From contig CT868496.1 in assembly GCA_000165425.1 (NCBI GenBank), positions 62,001 to 126,000 on the forward strand: DNA of 64,000 bases. Direction: 5' to 3'. The notes beneath the pieces are model-generated. The model saw only the letters and a program-made list of their open reading frames with translations. It did no database searches and was not told the DNA's origin. Positions 39,729 through 51,839 of the stretch are shown here, one piece after another. A program made the position numbers and the translations under genes. Source of the DNA: Paramecium tetraurelia. Lineage: Eukaryota. Each line of letters opens with the position of its first letter. Within the stretch, counting starts at the first letter, position 1.

Positions 39729-42623
39729 ATGAAAGTTGGTGGTTAAATTATTTATGGTGAAATAATACAATCCAAGCAAAGGGTATAATTGAAAGTAGAC
39801 ACAACTTAAAAAATTACAGAAATGGATCCTAAGTTGATCAAAGCTTTTCTAAAAGATTTTGATATTGAAGCAGAAGATCATTATTTAAATCCAGAATTAT
39901 TATTTTAAGCAGCCCAAGTATTTTACAGAGTAACAGGACATTAATTAAAACTCAATTTAGAAATCACTTAAAAGTTCATCGAATCGACTGATGTGCTTAA
40001 TCATTCACTTGCATTAAAATGGGTGTATTAATTATCATCAGAAGATGAAAGAGAGAAGGTTGAAGTTGCTTTCGACGCTAATGATGATCCTTTAAAAAAA
40101 ATTGTACTGTTAAATATTGCTCTGGAATAAAAAAAAGAGATTTCAATGTCTTCTTTACAGCTACTAGTTAGTGATAATTAAGAAATATTGTATGGCTTAT
40201 CTTTATATATAATTAAAAGGCTAGAAGCTCAAGATATTTAGACATTCATTCCTCTTCTCTAAGCAATGATCAAACAAGCTGAAATCAAAGCTATTAATTA
40301 ATTAATCATGATAGAATTAGTTAGCAAAGTGTTAGCAAAATACCCAGAGCAGAGGAATGAAATCTTTAATTAATTAATATCAGACGATAAAATAATTTAA
40401 AAACTAGAATGGGAATAAGATTTTTAAAATTACATTTAATAGGATCTTTAATACCCAAATATTATTCTAAGAAAGACAAGAGAAGTATATCAATATACAA
40501 ATGATTAATATGAGGCAATATTAAATGAATTTAAAAATCAATGGGAAGAGTAGTTAAGCAGCATTATGGCATCTAGGTAATTAGAGATATTAAGAGATAA
40601 TTTTTTAGAGAGTACTAATATAAACTTAGATTTGTTTAAATCATTGTAAATCAAAGGAGATGAAGAGGATGATATTGAAAGCATCACTAAAAACAGAAGA
40701 AAAAAATAAGTTGTGGCCAGAAAAAAACTCTGTTAAACAACTAATCAAGAAAATTCTAATACTATGGCAGAACTTGATGAAAAGTCGTAATAGCCTCCCC
40801 CCCTACTTTCATAAAATTCACTTCCTACATAACTTAATTAAACAAACCCTTAACCTCAACCCCCTTAAAATAATTCTTGTAATCCTCAACCTCCTCCTCC
40901 ACCTCCGCTACCACCATCACAATCAGGCAATCGTCCTCCTCCCCCACCTCCTCTACTCACTAAAACTGGTAATCCTCCACCACCACCACCACTACCTCCA
41001 CCCTAAAAATCTGGTAATCTTCAATCTCCACCTCCACCTCCACTTCTACCTCCCGCAAAACTGCCTGATTCTCAAAAAGCAGAAATAATTCAGCCATTAT
41101 CTACTAATATTGAGTATAATAGAATTAATGGTCCTCTTATTAAAGAAAAGCTTGAAAATACCATCTGGGGGAAAAAACCGAAAGATAATGTTATTAAAGC
41201 AAAAGAAGAAGTTCTAAAACTATTTATAAAAAAAGAGGAAACATAGAGATAACAAGTGCAAGCAACAAGACCAAAGTTAGTACAAAAAGAAGTAGTTTCA
41301 TATTTGGAATCTTTTTATCCGGCCTAAAATCAAGTATTGGAATTATAAAGTCTACGAAATAAGCTTAAGAGATTGAATTTAGAGGAGACCATGAAATAGG
41401 TAAATGAGCTTGAATTTGTTGAAAAAAATTAAGATAAGGAGTTACTTGATCATCTCAACAAAGCTATCTCTTATATAACTGTAAAGTTTCTTGAAGAACA
41501 CCAGAGCAACATAAACCTAGCTAAAACAAAAAGTTAAGAGTATGTTTAAAAATAACTAGAAGCGGATAGAGAATTATAAAAGAATTAGGGAGAAAGATTA
41601 AAAACTTTATCAATTGAGGAAAGAGTAAAAGCTGATCAAGAGTTTGATGAAGATTTGAGAAAGTTATCACTTGACCTATAAGCTGTTTTCAAAGAAAACG
41701 ATATTGCACAATTACTTTCAGAAGTTGAGCCAAAGTTGAAATAACTTAAAAGTGATCTTGATATTGCAGAATCAGAGGAATAGAAAAACGATATATTAAT
41801 ACAATTAGAGAGTGTGCTTTTTGAAAAGCATAAGCTACTTTAATCAAAAAATCTGAGTTAAGACAAATTCTAACCTAACCAAATTGATACTCTTCTCAAA
41901 TATATACATGATAGAAATCCTAGAAAAGCAATTTAAATAGAATGGTTTTATAAGGAGCATCTTGATCGAAAACACCATATTGAAGATACAGTTACATAAT
42001 TTAAAGAAGTGTTGGAAGAGCTTAAGAAGGATGAAGAATTAGTGAAATATTTCCAATACGTCAAAGCATACGGGAAGGTTTTAAATAATGCTCAAGATGA
42101 TTAAATTGGATTTAAACTTCATAATGTGGCTAACCTCACATGTAAAGGAAAAAATTAAGATGGAAAATAAGAAGAATTGTCTAAATATATAGTAGAACAT
42201 ATGATGGAAGATGGGATTGTTTTTAAGGACTTATCATAAACTCCATTTAAGTATCTCTCAGTTTTATCTTCACCTAATAATTCTTTAAAAGAAATTCAAA
42301 GTTTTATTATGTCCTATAGAGAACAAAGGAAATTCTTAGAATCTTAAAGTAAAGATGAGAAAAATGAGGGTTTTGTCAAAAAAATTTAGAAATATAATTC
42401 AGAATATAGTGAATTTATTTTTTCCATGGAGACTATTTATAAGAGCAATGAAGAAAAATTTAAACATCTTAAGGAGTTCCTTTGTGATGATAGACAAAAT
42501 TTGGAAACTCCCATATTTTTCAAAGATATACTGACTATTAAATAAATGCTCAGATCCAATTATAATGTTATCAGATAGGAATAAAGAAGAAGATTAATAT
42601 AAGCTAGAAGGGCAGTGGCATGA
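39729..42623 (+). CDS. Divergent formin (FH1 poly-proline + FH2-like region)
   Basis: Intronless 964-aa frame; four poly-Pro runs at about 40880-41055, followed by LENTIWG and later GFKLHNVANL (FH2 lasso/post-like). Confidence 0.75.
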
Positions 42624-42693
42624 TTAATTATATAGATATATTATTTTTATTGAATTAACTTTTGGATCATATTTATAAATTATAATAAAATAA

Positions 42694-44670
42694 ATGATAG
42701 AAGCATAAATAAAGGATAAGTTTATTTCAACTAAGCCAAATATTCCGGATGAAGCCGAGTTTGTTATTGAAACACCATCAATAGCAATTCCAGAAAAATT
42801 AGTTTAATACACAGGATAGGTCGGACCAGCAAGACCATCAAGTGAAGAGAGTTATTCATCTGATGAAGAAGTGTTTGAGCCTGAATATGAACCTATTCAA
42901 AAATAAGTAAAAGTAAGTGAAAGTAATGGAGTAAGAATTAATCGAGATTCAGCAGAGAGAAATGTTTAAAATTTTTAAGATGAAGATGATGATTACATTG
43001 ATCCTGCTGCTTTAGCTAGAGATCCAGCTTTAAGGGAGGCAGTTGAAGCCTAAGCTGCAAAACGAGCTCTCTTGAAATACAAACCTCAAAATGAAGAACT
43101 GCCCTCAATGGAAATTCAAAAAGAAAGATTGGCTAGCTTTCCAATAACACATTAATTATTGATTAAAGGACATACAAAATAGGCTACAGCAATTGGAATT
43201 GATAATGCTGGGTCAAGATTAGTAACAGGAGCATATGATTGTGTGGTTAGATTTTGGGACTTTTATGGCATGGATAAGAATACACATAGTTTTAGGTTGG
43301 TCACACCATATGAGGGTAATTAAGTGAATTAGATAAGCTGGGCAAAAGATGGAAAAAATGTATTAATAATTTGTGCTGATGCATAAGCATGTGTATTGGA
43401 TAGAGAAGGAAAGAGAACGATGGACACTCATAGAGGAGATATGTACATTAGAGACATCTTAAAAACTATTGGACATACAGCAGCCATCAATTCTGGTTGT
43501 TTCCATCCAGATTTCAGTGATGTCTTTGTGACTTGCAGTGATGATGGAACAGTAAGGATATGGGACATGACTAAAAAACTTTATGGAGTTGCATAATGTT
43601 TAACTCACAAAGATGCTGTTAAATGTGTTGATAAAACAGGTCACAAAGTCTTAGTGTAATGTGTAACCATCAGAGGAAGACTCTTGTTGTGTTCTTGTAG
43701 TGATAATACCATTAAAGCTTATGAAGTCAATCAAAATTGCAGAGAAATTAAGAAAAGACCATTATTCATAATTCATGATGCTCATAAAGGATATGTGACT
43801 AAAATTAAAATATTAGCTGATTAGAAAAGATTCATTTCCTAGAGTGTAGACAATACTATCAAACTTTGGGAAACTTCTAATACAAATCATCATATTTATC
43901 TCTAATATTGTAATATCAACAGATTTCCACCGACTCGATTCGATTTAAATTTTAATGAAAGCATACTTGTAACAGCCCATCACACTTTTAAAGATGGATA
44001 TCATATTGCAGGACCAACAGAGTTACTATTTTTGAATGTGAATGACTTAAGTATTAATTGCAGAGTACAATTATTTGACTAAGCAATTACTGAAGTTTTA
44101 TGGCATCCAACTTTAAATTAGATATTTTTAGGAAGTGATGATGGTCATGTTAGAGCCTTGTTTAATCCTAAATTAAGTTCAAAAGGAGCTTTATTAGCTA
44201 CCAATAGAGCAGTCAAGTTTGTTCATGCTGAAAACATGGAACTAGAAAGACATGTTTTAATTCCAGAAAATTTATACATTTTTAAAGTTAGTGAGACAGT
44301 TCATGGAGGTATGAAGATTGTAGAGGAAAAAAAGAGTGTTAAAGATTAGCCAAGAAAGCCTGAGCCTCCATAAAAAGGTCCAGGAAAAGGAGGAAAACGA
44401 TCAGGACCAGCTACATTAACTTAAAATTTGATGAGCACATTAAATGATAGACCAGAAAAGGAAGATGTAGTTGAAGAGTTAACTAAATTAGATTCTATCA
44501 CAAAAGCAAATCCACAATATGTGGCACAAGCATATAAATATACATAACCTTAATAAATATTTGACTACTCTACTAACTAATAATAAGAGCACACTTATCT
44601 ATCCTCAATTAAAAAAATATGTCCTCATTGCGGTATGAAGATTTGTGCTTGTAAAAGAAAAGTAGTATGA
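42694..44670 (+). CDS. WDR70: WD40-repeat protein, WDR70/GAD-1-like
   Basis: GSRLVTGAYDCVVRFWDFYGMD, GDMYIRDILKTIGHTA, WHPTLNQIFLG, LFNPKLSSKGALL and KPEPPQKGPGKGGK motifs. Confidence 0.88.
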
Positions 44671-44937
44671 GTTATCATAAATAAATAATATGTATATATT
44701 TTATTATTTTAATATATTCTCGCTCTACTAGATTTTTCAACTAAGATGAGTTTTCTTAAATATCAAATTGATATCCTATTGAAATGTTTAATGATTTCAA
44801 TCAAATTAATTTTAACTTTTATTAAACTTCAAATAATAAGAAAATACATTTCTATTTTCCGAAAAGTAACAAAATATTCTTCTATAAAGAAGTAATGCTT
44901 ACAAAATAAAGATATAAAATATTCATATACTTGGATT

Positions 44938-45408
44938 TCATTTATTTATTAATTAAATAATATGATAAATTTAAGAATTATTTAAATCTTTGGATATCAT
45001 CATTAATTTTGTTCTTAATTGTTGTCTTTAAGATCTTTACATATTTTGAAAGACGAGACTTTATTTTTGATTTTTATGTTAATGGGAGTTATTAAAATTT
45101 CTATGGAATTCTAGTTTGGTGTCTTAACTAAAATTAAACTGATGTTCTCTGAAGAGAGGTGATGCTTATCTCCTTATATTGAATTGCTTGCGATATTCAG
45201 CAAATGGGGATTTTTGAAGCTGCCTTTATTTTGGAGATTAAGATTGTTGTGTAATGCATTTCTTACCCCAATTATTGCTGAAAGGATTCATATTAGATTT
45301 ATGTTATTCTTAGCAGTTGTTGAGTGAATCGCTTAATAATTTTAACTAATTAGTATTTGGAGTTTGAACGTAATCTTGCCATCCTTGTAAATCAGGTTTA
45401 AAATTCAT
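44938..45408 (-). CDS. Hypothetical protein
   Basis: Open 156-aa frame MNFKPDLQGWQDYVQ... to TGA. Confidence 0.55.
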
Positions 45409-45450
45409 TATTATAGTTGTATAATTTATTAAAATTATTCAATCGAAGAA

Positions 45451-46332
45451 ATGACGTATTAGTAAATCATTTTTGTTGTCCTATTATGCTCATTTGTGCA
45501 AGCTTAACAATATGTTCACGAATTGGGAGAAGATATATTCTAATACACAAGGGCTTCTTACTGTTCGGTTGATATAATTAATAGTTGGGATTGCGAGCCT
45601 TGCAGAAGACATCCAAACATGAAACATATCTAGGTTCATCACAACGAAGAAGCTTAAGCATAAGGTTATTGTGCTTATGATGAGGATTAAAACAGAATTG
45701 TTGTTGCTATCAGAGGAAGTGTTAACACTGTGAATTACTTAAATGATTTAGATTTTATAAAGAGAGATTACTAACATTGCACAGGGTGTAAAGTTCATTA
45801 AGGATTTTATGATACCTATTAAAATATCGCTGAAGGTCTTGTGACTTGTGTGAAGGATCTAAATACTCTTTACCCAGATGCCTAAATCCTAGTAACAGGC
45901 CATTCCTTAGGAGCAGCCGAAGCTACCTTGGCAGCTCTTGATATCAAAAGAACAGTAGGAAGAGTGAACATATTTTATAACTATGGAACTCCAAGAATAG
46001 GAAATGATAAGTTTGCTGATTATGTTGAATCTGAATTAAAAGGTTTATTCTTGGCTAGAATCATAAGAGATAAAGATACTTTTCAACACACTCCTTTACC
46101 TGGACAGGGATTCTCTCATTATGGAAATGAAATATTCTATGATGAAAACATGTTGAATTTCAAGGTTTGTGGGAGAGAAGATTCCAAAGTATTTAATTAT
46201 TGTTAATTATAGTGTGGAAATAAATACATTTGGCCAACCTAATGGAAACTTGACCATCATTTATACTTATATGGTCAATGTGCAGGATGCACTCAAGAAG
46301 GATGCGAAAATATTTTGAAGTTATATTCATGA
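45451..46332 (+). CDS. Secreted class 3 lipase
   Basis: Signal peptide, IVVAIRGS, VHQGF, VTGHSLGAA nucleophile elbow and YGTPRIGN; one intron. Confidence 0.95.
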
Positions 46333-46503
46333 TGAAATGAAATATTAATTATCATAAATATTAATATTACATTCTTCAACTTCATGTTCAACATTTCTAA
46401 AGAGAAGAAAATATTAACAATATTATAATATTTATTTAATATTTATTAGATGAGAGAGAATCTTTTTTGATTTTTATATATTAATGTGAGACATTTAATA
46501 ACA

Positions 46504-46854
46504 TCACATAAGTTTAGTAGCCAAATAGCCAACTCCTACAACAGCACCAATAGCAGATGCAGGAACAATAGCTGCACTTACTACACCTGTCATTGCTGCG
46601 CTTTATGCTATAGAAAAAAGACTCCCTGCAACAACATTCCCAACACCTGCTTAGGTTGCTGCAGCAAAGCTTCCTGCCACAGGACCTACTGATGAAAATC
46701 CAGCTGCTGCCAAACCAACTTTAGCACCTATAGCAATTGTAGCTGTTGTTACACCAGAAACTACAGTGCTCTCTACAATTGTTTACCAAAGTCCACATTG
46801 AACTTATCCAACAATTAAAAGTATGAGGATGCTAGCAGATAATGATTTTTGCAT
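46504..46854 (-). CDS. ISG12/IFI27 (Ifi-6-16)-like small hydrophobic membrane protein
   Basis: 116 aa; LAAAGFSSVGPVAGSFAAATQAGVGNVVAGSLFSIAQSAAM matches the ISG12 motif. Confidence 0.85.
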
Positions 46855-47340
46855 TGAATTAAAATAAATATTGTTTAAAAATTTTTTTCTTTTTTATCAA
46901 CCCAATTTTTGAACTTTTTTTAAGATTAATGTAATTATTGTGAATTTTATTATTATACTACTAATTAATAACATACTTTAGAATTATTTAATAAAGGATC
47001 CTCTTTTAATCTAAATAATTTGTTTTATGTGTATATAATGCAAAGTGAAATTCAATCAATAAAATCAAATTTGATTTAACTATATATTTATTTTTTGTTT
47101 CTAATTTATTTATCTCATCTCATCTCATTTTTCATTTTCTTCTTTATTTTCCTAACACATTGTATAATTTTGTGTATTTAATTATTTCGATGCTATTTCG
47201 AAAGATTTTGAAAAATTAGGCAATGTTATCTGCTATTAGGTTTTAAACATTTTCATATGTTTATTAATTTGTCTAAATATAAATATTCAGAAAGTATAGA
47301 TAGATTAAATTAGCTTATTAAAATTATTATAAAAGTATTG

Positions 47341-48129
47341 ATGAATTATGAGGTAGAAATCATGCATTTGAATAAAATTTTATAGTTAAGACAGAAATTA
47401 ATATTAACATTATTAATTTATCTAACTATGTAAAGAATTAAGCAACAAAAAAATACATAGTAAAGTATTAGATTTATTGCTTAGAGAACTACTAATTCAT
47501 AAGAGAAGACTAAGTGATATCTAGCAAAGAAGGTGTTCTATTCCAAAATTAGACAAGACACTTGACATATATAAACAAAATAGATATATCACTGCTAGGA
47601 AATAGGAAATAAATAGATGGGAAGGGATAATGAAATAAAATTAGAAATTACTTAAGAAGATAAATAATGTCGAATCTTCATTTCAAAAATCTGTAAATAA
47701 TAAATAAAATATTCTTGTATTCAAGATAATCAATTCGTAGTGTCAGTTCTTGTAATTCTAGAAAGTCAATTGAATTGAAAGAGAATGTACAGAAGGAAAA
47801 TGCTAGGATGCATTTAAAACTACAGAAAATGTAAGTATTGTTGGGAATTCATTTTTAGAACTTCTACTTTTGACAAGCCCAAAAAATAAAATCCAAAGAT
47901 TTCTAAATCTAGTCAAAGATTAGATAAATTGAAACAACCAATTAGTTAAGAAAAAAGCTTTAATGTTCAACCTATAATGAATTATAAATATCAAGGGAAG
48001 ATCTTTACAAAGCACAAAAGTTTTCATTCAGGGGATGAGAAATAATAGATAATATCAATAATCTAAAAATATCATAAAGTTTTGGATTAATTACTACCTA
48101 TCATCAAATCAAATAAACTTAACAAATGA
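47341..48129 (+). CDS. Hypothetical protein
   Basis: Open frame with at least one short intron; low complexity. Confidence 0.6.
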
Positions 48130-48152
48130 AATTTATAGTTTTAGATATTAAA

Positions 48153-49275
48153 TCAAAAATTCTTAGGAATTATTTTGCATTTATCACAAATTGTGTTCTA
48201 AATGAATTCAATCATTTTTGCATTTTCTTCTTTTAATCGTTAATTTTCATTCAGTATGTTATTATGATTTGCATCCTCAATGTGTTCTGAAATTTGGTTC
48301 TTTTTCTTTAAAAATAATTTTAAAAATAAATACTTCCAATTTCGACAATTCTTCTTTTAGTTAATGATTAAAATGCTATTGTTAATAATTTAAGGTTAAT
48401 GAAAATTTAAGTTTATTGTACAATTCATCTTTCGATGTGTCACTTTCAGTAGGTGTGTTTGGTTGATCATCAATTTTTTTGTTTGTTTTAGTTTGAATAG
48501 AATGAATACTTTGATGCAGCTGCGATTGGATATCCAAAAATGAAATCGATAAGGATTTCGGAGGGGATTTTTATGATATTTGTGAGATAGGAGTAGTACT
48601 AGTGATGAGTTCTTTAGAAAAGGCTGTTGTAATGATATTTGATTGCGAATTCAATTAGCAAGATGAACCAAATGATTTTACAGATTAAATAACAGAGAGA
48701 TTTATTTTATCCACAATTTGCTTTGAATAATAGACACAAGTCTTACTTTGTAAATACGTTATCTGAGTGCATTTAATTCAAAATCTAGAATTTATTGTTA
48801 TTGTTCTTCATCTAAATTTTCACTATTTTACAATGAAATCGAATCTAATGACAATCTGGGTTGAGAAGTGAGTTCATTTAAGTAGTGGCCAATCACTTCA
48901 TTTAATTTAAAGCCTAGTTGATCTAATGTATTGTTAAAGTATTCATTTTATTCAAAATCAAAGCGAGGACTTTCAGAGTTTTCTTAGTTTGGTTTAGGTT
49001 TGGTTTCCGAATGATTATCATCGGATCCCAAATAATAATCTTTGAGTCCCAAGATATTCAAATCATTCAATTATACCGACCCTTGCATATCCTCTCTCTC
49101 TTTCATTAGTTATATTTTATCCATCTAGAGATTACATAACAAATACAGTCTCATTTTTTTAAGTCTTCTCTTTGGAAATGTTACTTTAATTTTGTAACTT
49201 TGTTTAGGAATAGGATCGTGAAATGCCATAGATGTCTAAATCGCGATCCTGATTATTCTCATTCCCTGTTTTCAT
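48153..49275 (-). CDS. Hypothetical coiled-coil protein
   Basis: MKTGNENNQDRDLD... with short introns, ending ...CDKCKIIPKNF-TGA. Confidence 0.65.
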
Positions 49276-49434
49276 CTGGAAAAATATAGTAAATTATGTT
49301 TTATATAAAAAAAGTTAATTCTTGATATCTAATTTAAATTACATGATTTTGGTTTTTTTGTTAATTTAACAACGAAGAAAACGAAAGAAAGAAGTGTCAA
49401 AGAAATTAAATAATATTCATAATTTATTTATATT

Positions 49435-50671
49435 ATGATTAATAAAATAACTGAGTAATCTAACAATAATGGTCCTCGCCAAACTAGAAGTCTGACAAAG
49501 GCTTCTCCAACATCTAAACGAAGTAGAGAAAGCGAACTCATTTATTTGAGTAAAGTCACTGCCTTCAGTCAGTTGAAAAATTATCAAATTGATTACATCT
49601 ATAGATCTATTAAAAGCGTGGAATTCACTAGGGGCCACTTAATTTTCTAAGAAGGATAGAAATGCGATGCTGTGTATGTGATCAAATAAGGTGAAATAGA
49701 AATATTTAAAAAGGAACCAATTAATCAATAGATTGAATAATATTACCAATTAAATAAAAAAAAGTTTGTTCATCAAATGATCAAAGTCCTTGGAGAACAA
49801 ACTGCCTTTGGAGTTGGAGACATTGTGACTGGAATCTATTCAATTAATGCTAGAGTGAGTTCTCATTTTGCAGAATTATATATGATTAAAGTACAAGACT
49901 ATAAACGAATACTTGATATGGAACCTTAAATCAAATTGCTACAATAGGAAAGCGAAAACATGGACAACCTTGAAGTCATACCAAAATTTTAATTGCCATC
50001 TCTCTACGATTCTGTTAAGGCATCATAAGCCTAAAAACAAGAGATTTAATATCTAAGGAAAGTAAGGAAAGGCATCACCTACCTCATCCCATAAGCCCAA
50101 GGAACAGATGTAATGAAGAATTCTCACATGGATTAAAGTCTAGAAGAAATCTATAAGTATATTGTCATCAATCTATTTAAGAAAGTCTGTAATATTACAT
50201 CAGAAGATGCTCCCCAATTATTAACAAGTTGATTTAGAAAACCCTTTGATTTAAGGGTAAGAAATAATAAATGATAGATTACTATTAAATAAAATCATTT
50301 AGAAAGAATATACTATAAGATTTACAAAAGAATCCCCTCGAACTAATAAAATGATGCAGCAGAGTGTTATTTCAACATCCAATAGTCCAATGAGCAAGAA
50401 ACTATAATTAATATTTCAAAAGGATAAAAAAGTGAAATAAAATTAAACCGTAAATGAGGTTTCGCATCGAGAAAAAATGAAGATAATATAAGATACATCC
50501 CCACATTCTAGTTCATTTCGATCTGCAAGACTTGATACGGGTAGATCGACATTTCATGCCACTCCAATATTTGATTAACATGATCCAATTAGACTCAAAT
50601 AGTTTATACCAACAGAGCTCTTCCCTATTTATTGCCATTTAATCAAACCAGACAATCAAGAAATAAGCTGA
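49435..50671 (+). CDS. Cyclic nucleotide-binding domain protein
   Basis: FTRGHLIFQEGQKCDAVYVIKQGEIEI...LGEQTAFG cNMP-binding fold. Confidence 0.8.
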
Positions 50672-50793
50672 ATTTATTCTTTATTTATAAAATTTTCTAT
50701 TTTAATCAATGGAATCTTCAGTTTATATTGAAATGATGGTTTGAGATTTGTGATAATAGTTCTTATTTCATAATATAATATTAATAATAAAGT

Positions 50794-51372
50794 TCATTTG
50801 TTTAATTGTTCAGTAATTTAACTGTTCATCAATAAGTTGGAACTGAGTATCCCAATGCAATGATTTTTTTCATTCTCTTTTTCCTTTTCTTTTTCTGACT
50901 CTGAATCTTCTTGATTACAACAGTCGATACAATTGCATAAAAATGTGCATCTTTATTTTTTCAGATAACATTCACAATATTTTTTAACACAACCTGTTTT
51001 TTTGCAATTACACCCTCCACATTATGATTTCTTTATTTTTTAAGAACAGTTCGAGTTATTACATCCTAAGCAATTGCAATCTATACTACAAGACCTTCCA
51101 ACGGCAAAACATTCGCAATACGATTTTTAACATTTTGATTTCAAGCATTTACATTTGACAATGCTTTTTTCGATTTCCTTTGGTTTTACTATATTTTTTT
51201 AAATTGGAAAAGGTTTTTTTGCTGAAAGTATATTTGGACTCTCATCTGGATCAAAAAATTTTAATATTGGCATTGGTGATTCTTTTTAAGGAGAAGTAGT
51301 TCCAAATAAATCCTCATTTTAAATAAACTCAAAGATTTTTCTATCAAAAGAACTGCAATTTTCAGCATCCAT
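50794..51372 (-). CDS. Tesmin/TSO1-like CXC domain protein (LIN54 family)
   Basis: Two CXC motifs: CKCLKSKCQKSYCECFAVG..C and CNCKKTGCVKKYCECY...CNCIDC. Confidence 0.9.
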
Positions 51373-51839
51373 TACAATAAATAATCATTGATGAAAATTT
51401 CAGAACCAAATTTTCAGATTAACTAATTAAATAGTTAAAATTTTAATAATATTAATAATCAAGAATTTATCATCAAAAGATTATTTATTGTATGTTGAAT
51501 AGCAAATAACTATATTTATTATTCTAGTTGACTCTTTCATAATATAAATATGGAATATAATCAAAATACTATTATAATAAGCAATATAATTTTTGAAAGT
51601 AAGAAATAATTATGGAGATTTAGAAAAATTTAACAACATCAAGTAAGAACATTAGTTACTTTAATAGTAATCACGCTAACAATATTTAAACTATCATTTT
51701 TAATATTAAAATAATTTTGATCATTTATACATTTCTAAAACTACTTTAATTTTTCTTGTAAAATCTTCTTTATTTGAAATTTATAACTCTCCCTAAAGGT
51801 TTTTGAAAGCTAAACTGATTTAATCAATGATAGGATTTT

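Noticed and set aside
40660..41088. His/Leu-rich 142-aa ORF in the track
   Set aside because: Off-frame reading of the formin poly-proline (CCA/CCT) region.
46486..46692. Cys-rich 68-aa plus-strand ORF
   Set aside because: Antisense shadow of the ISG12-like gene's Ala/Val codons.
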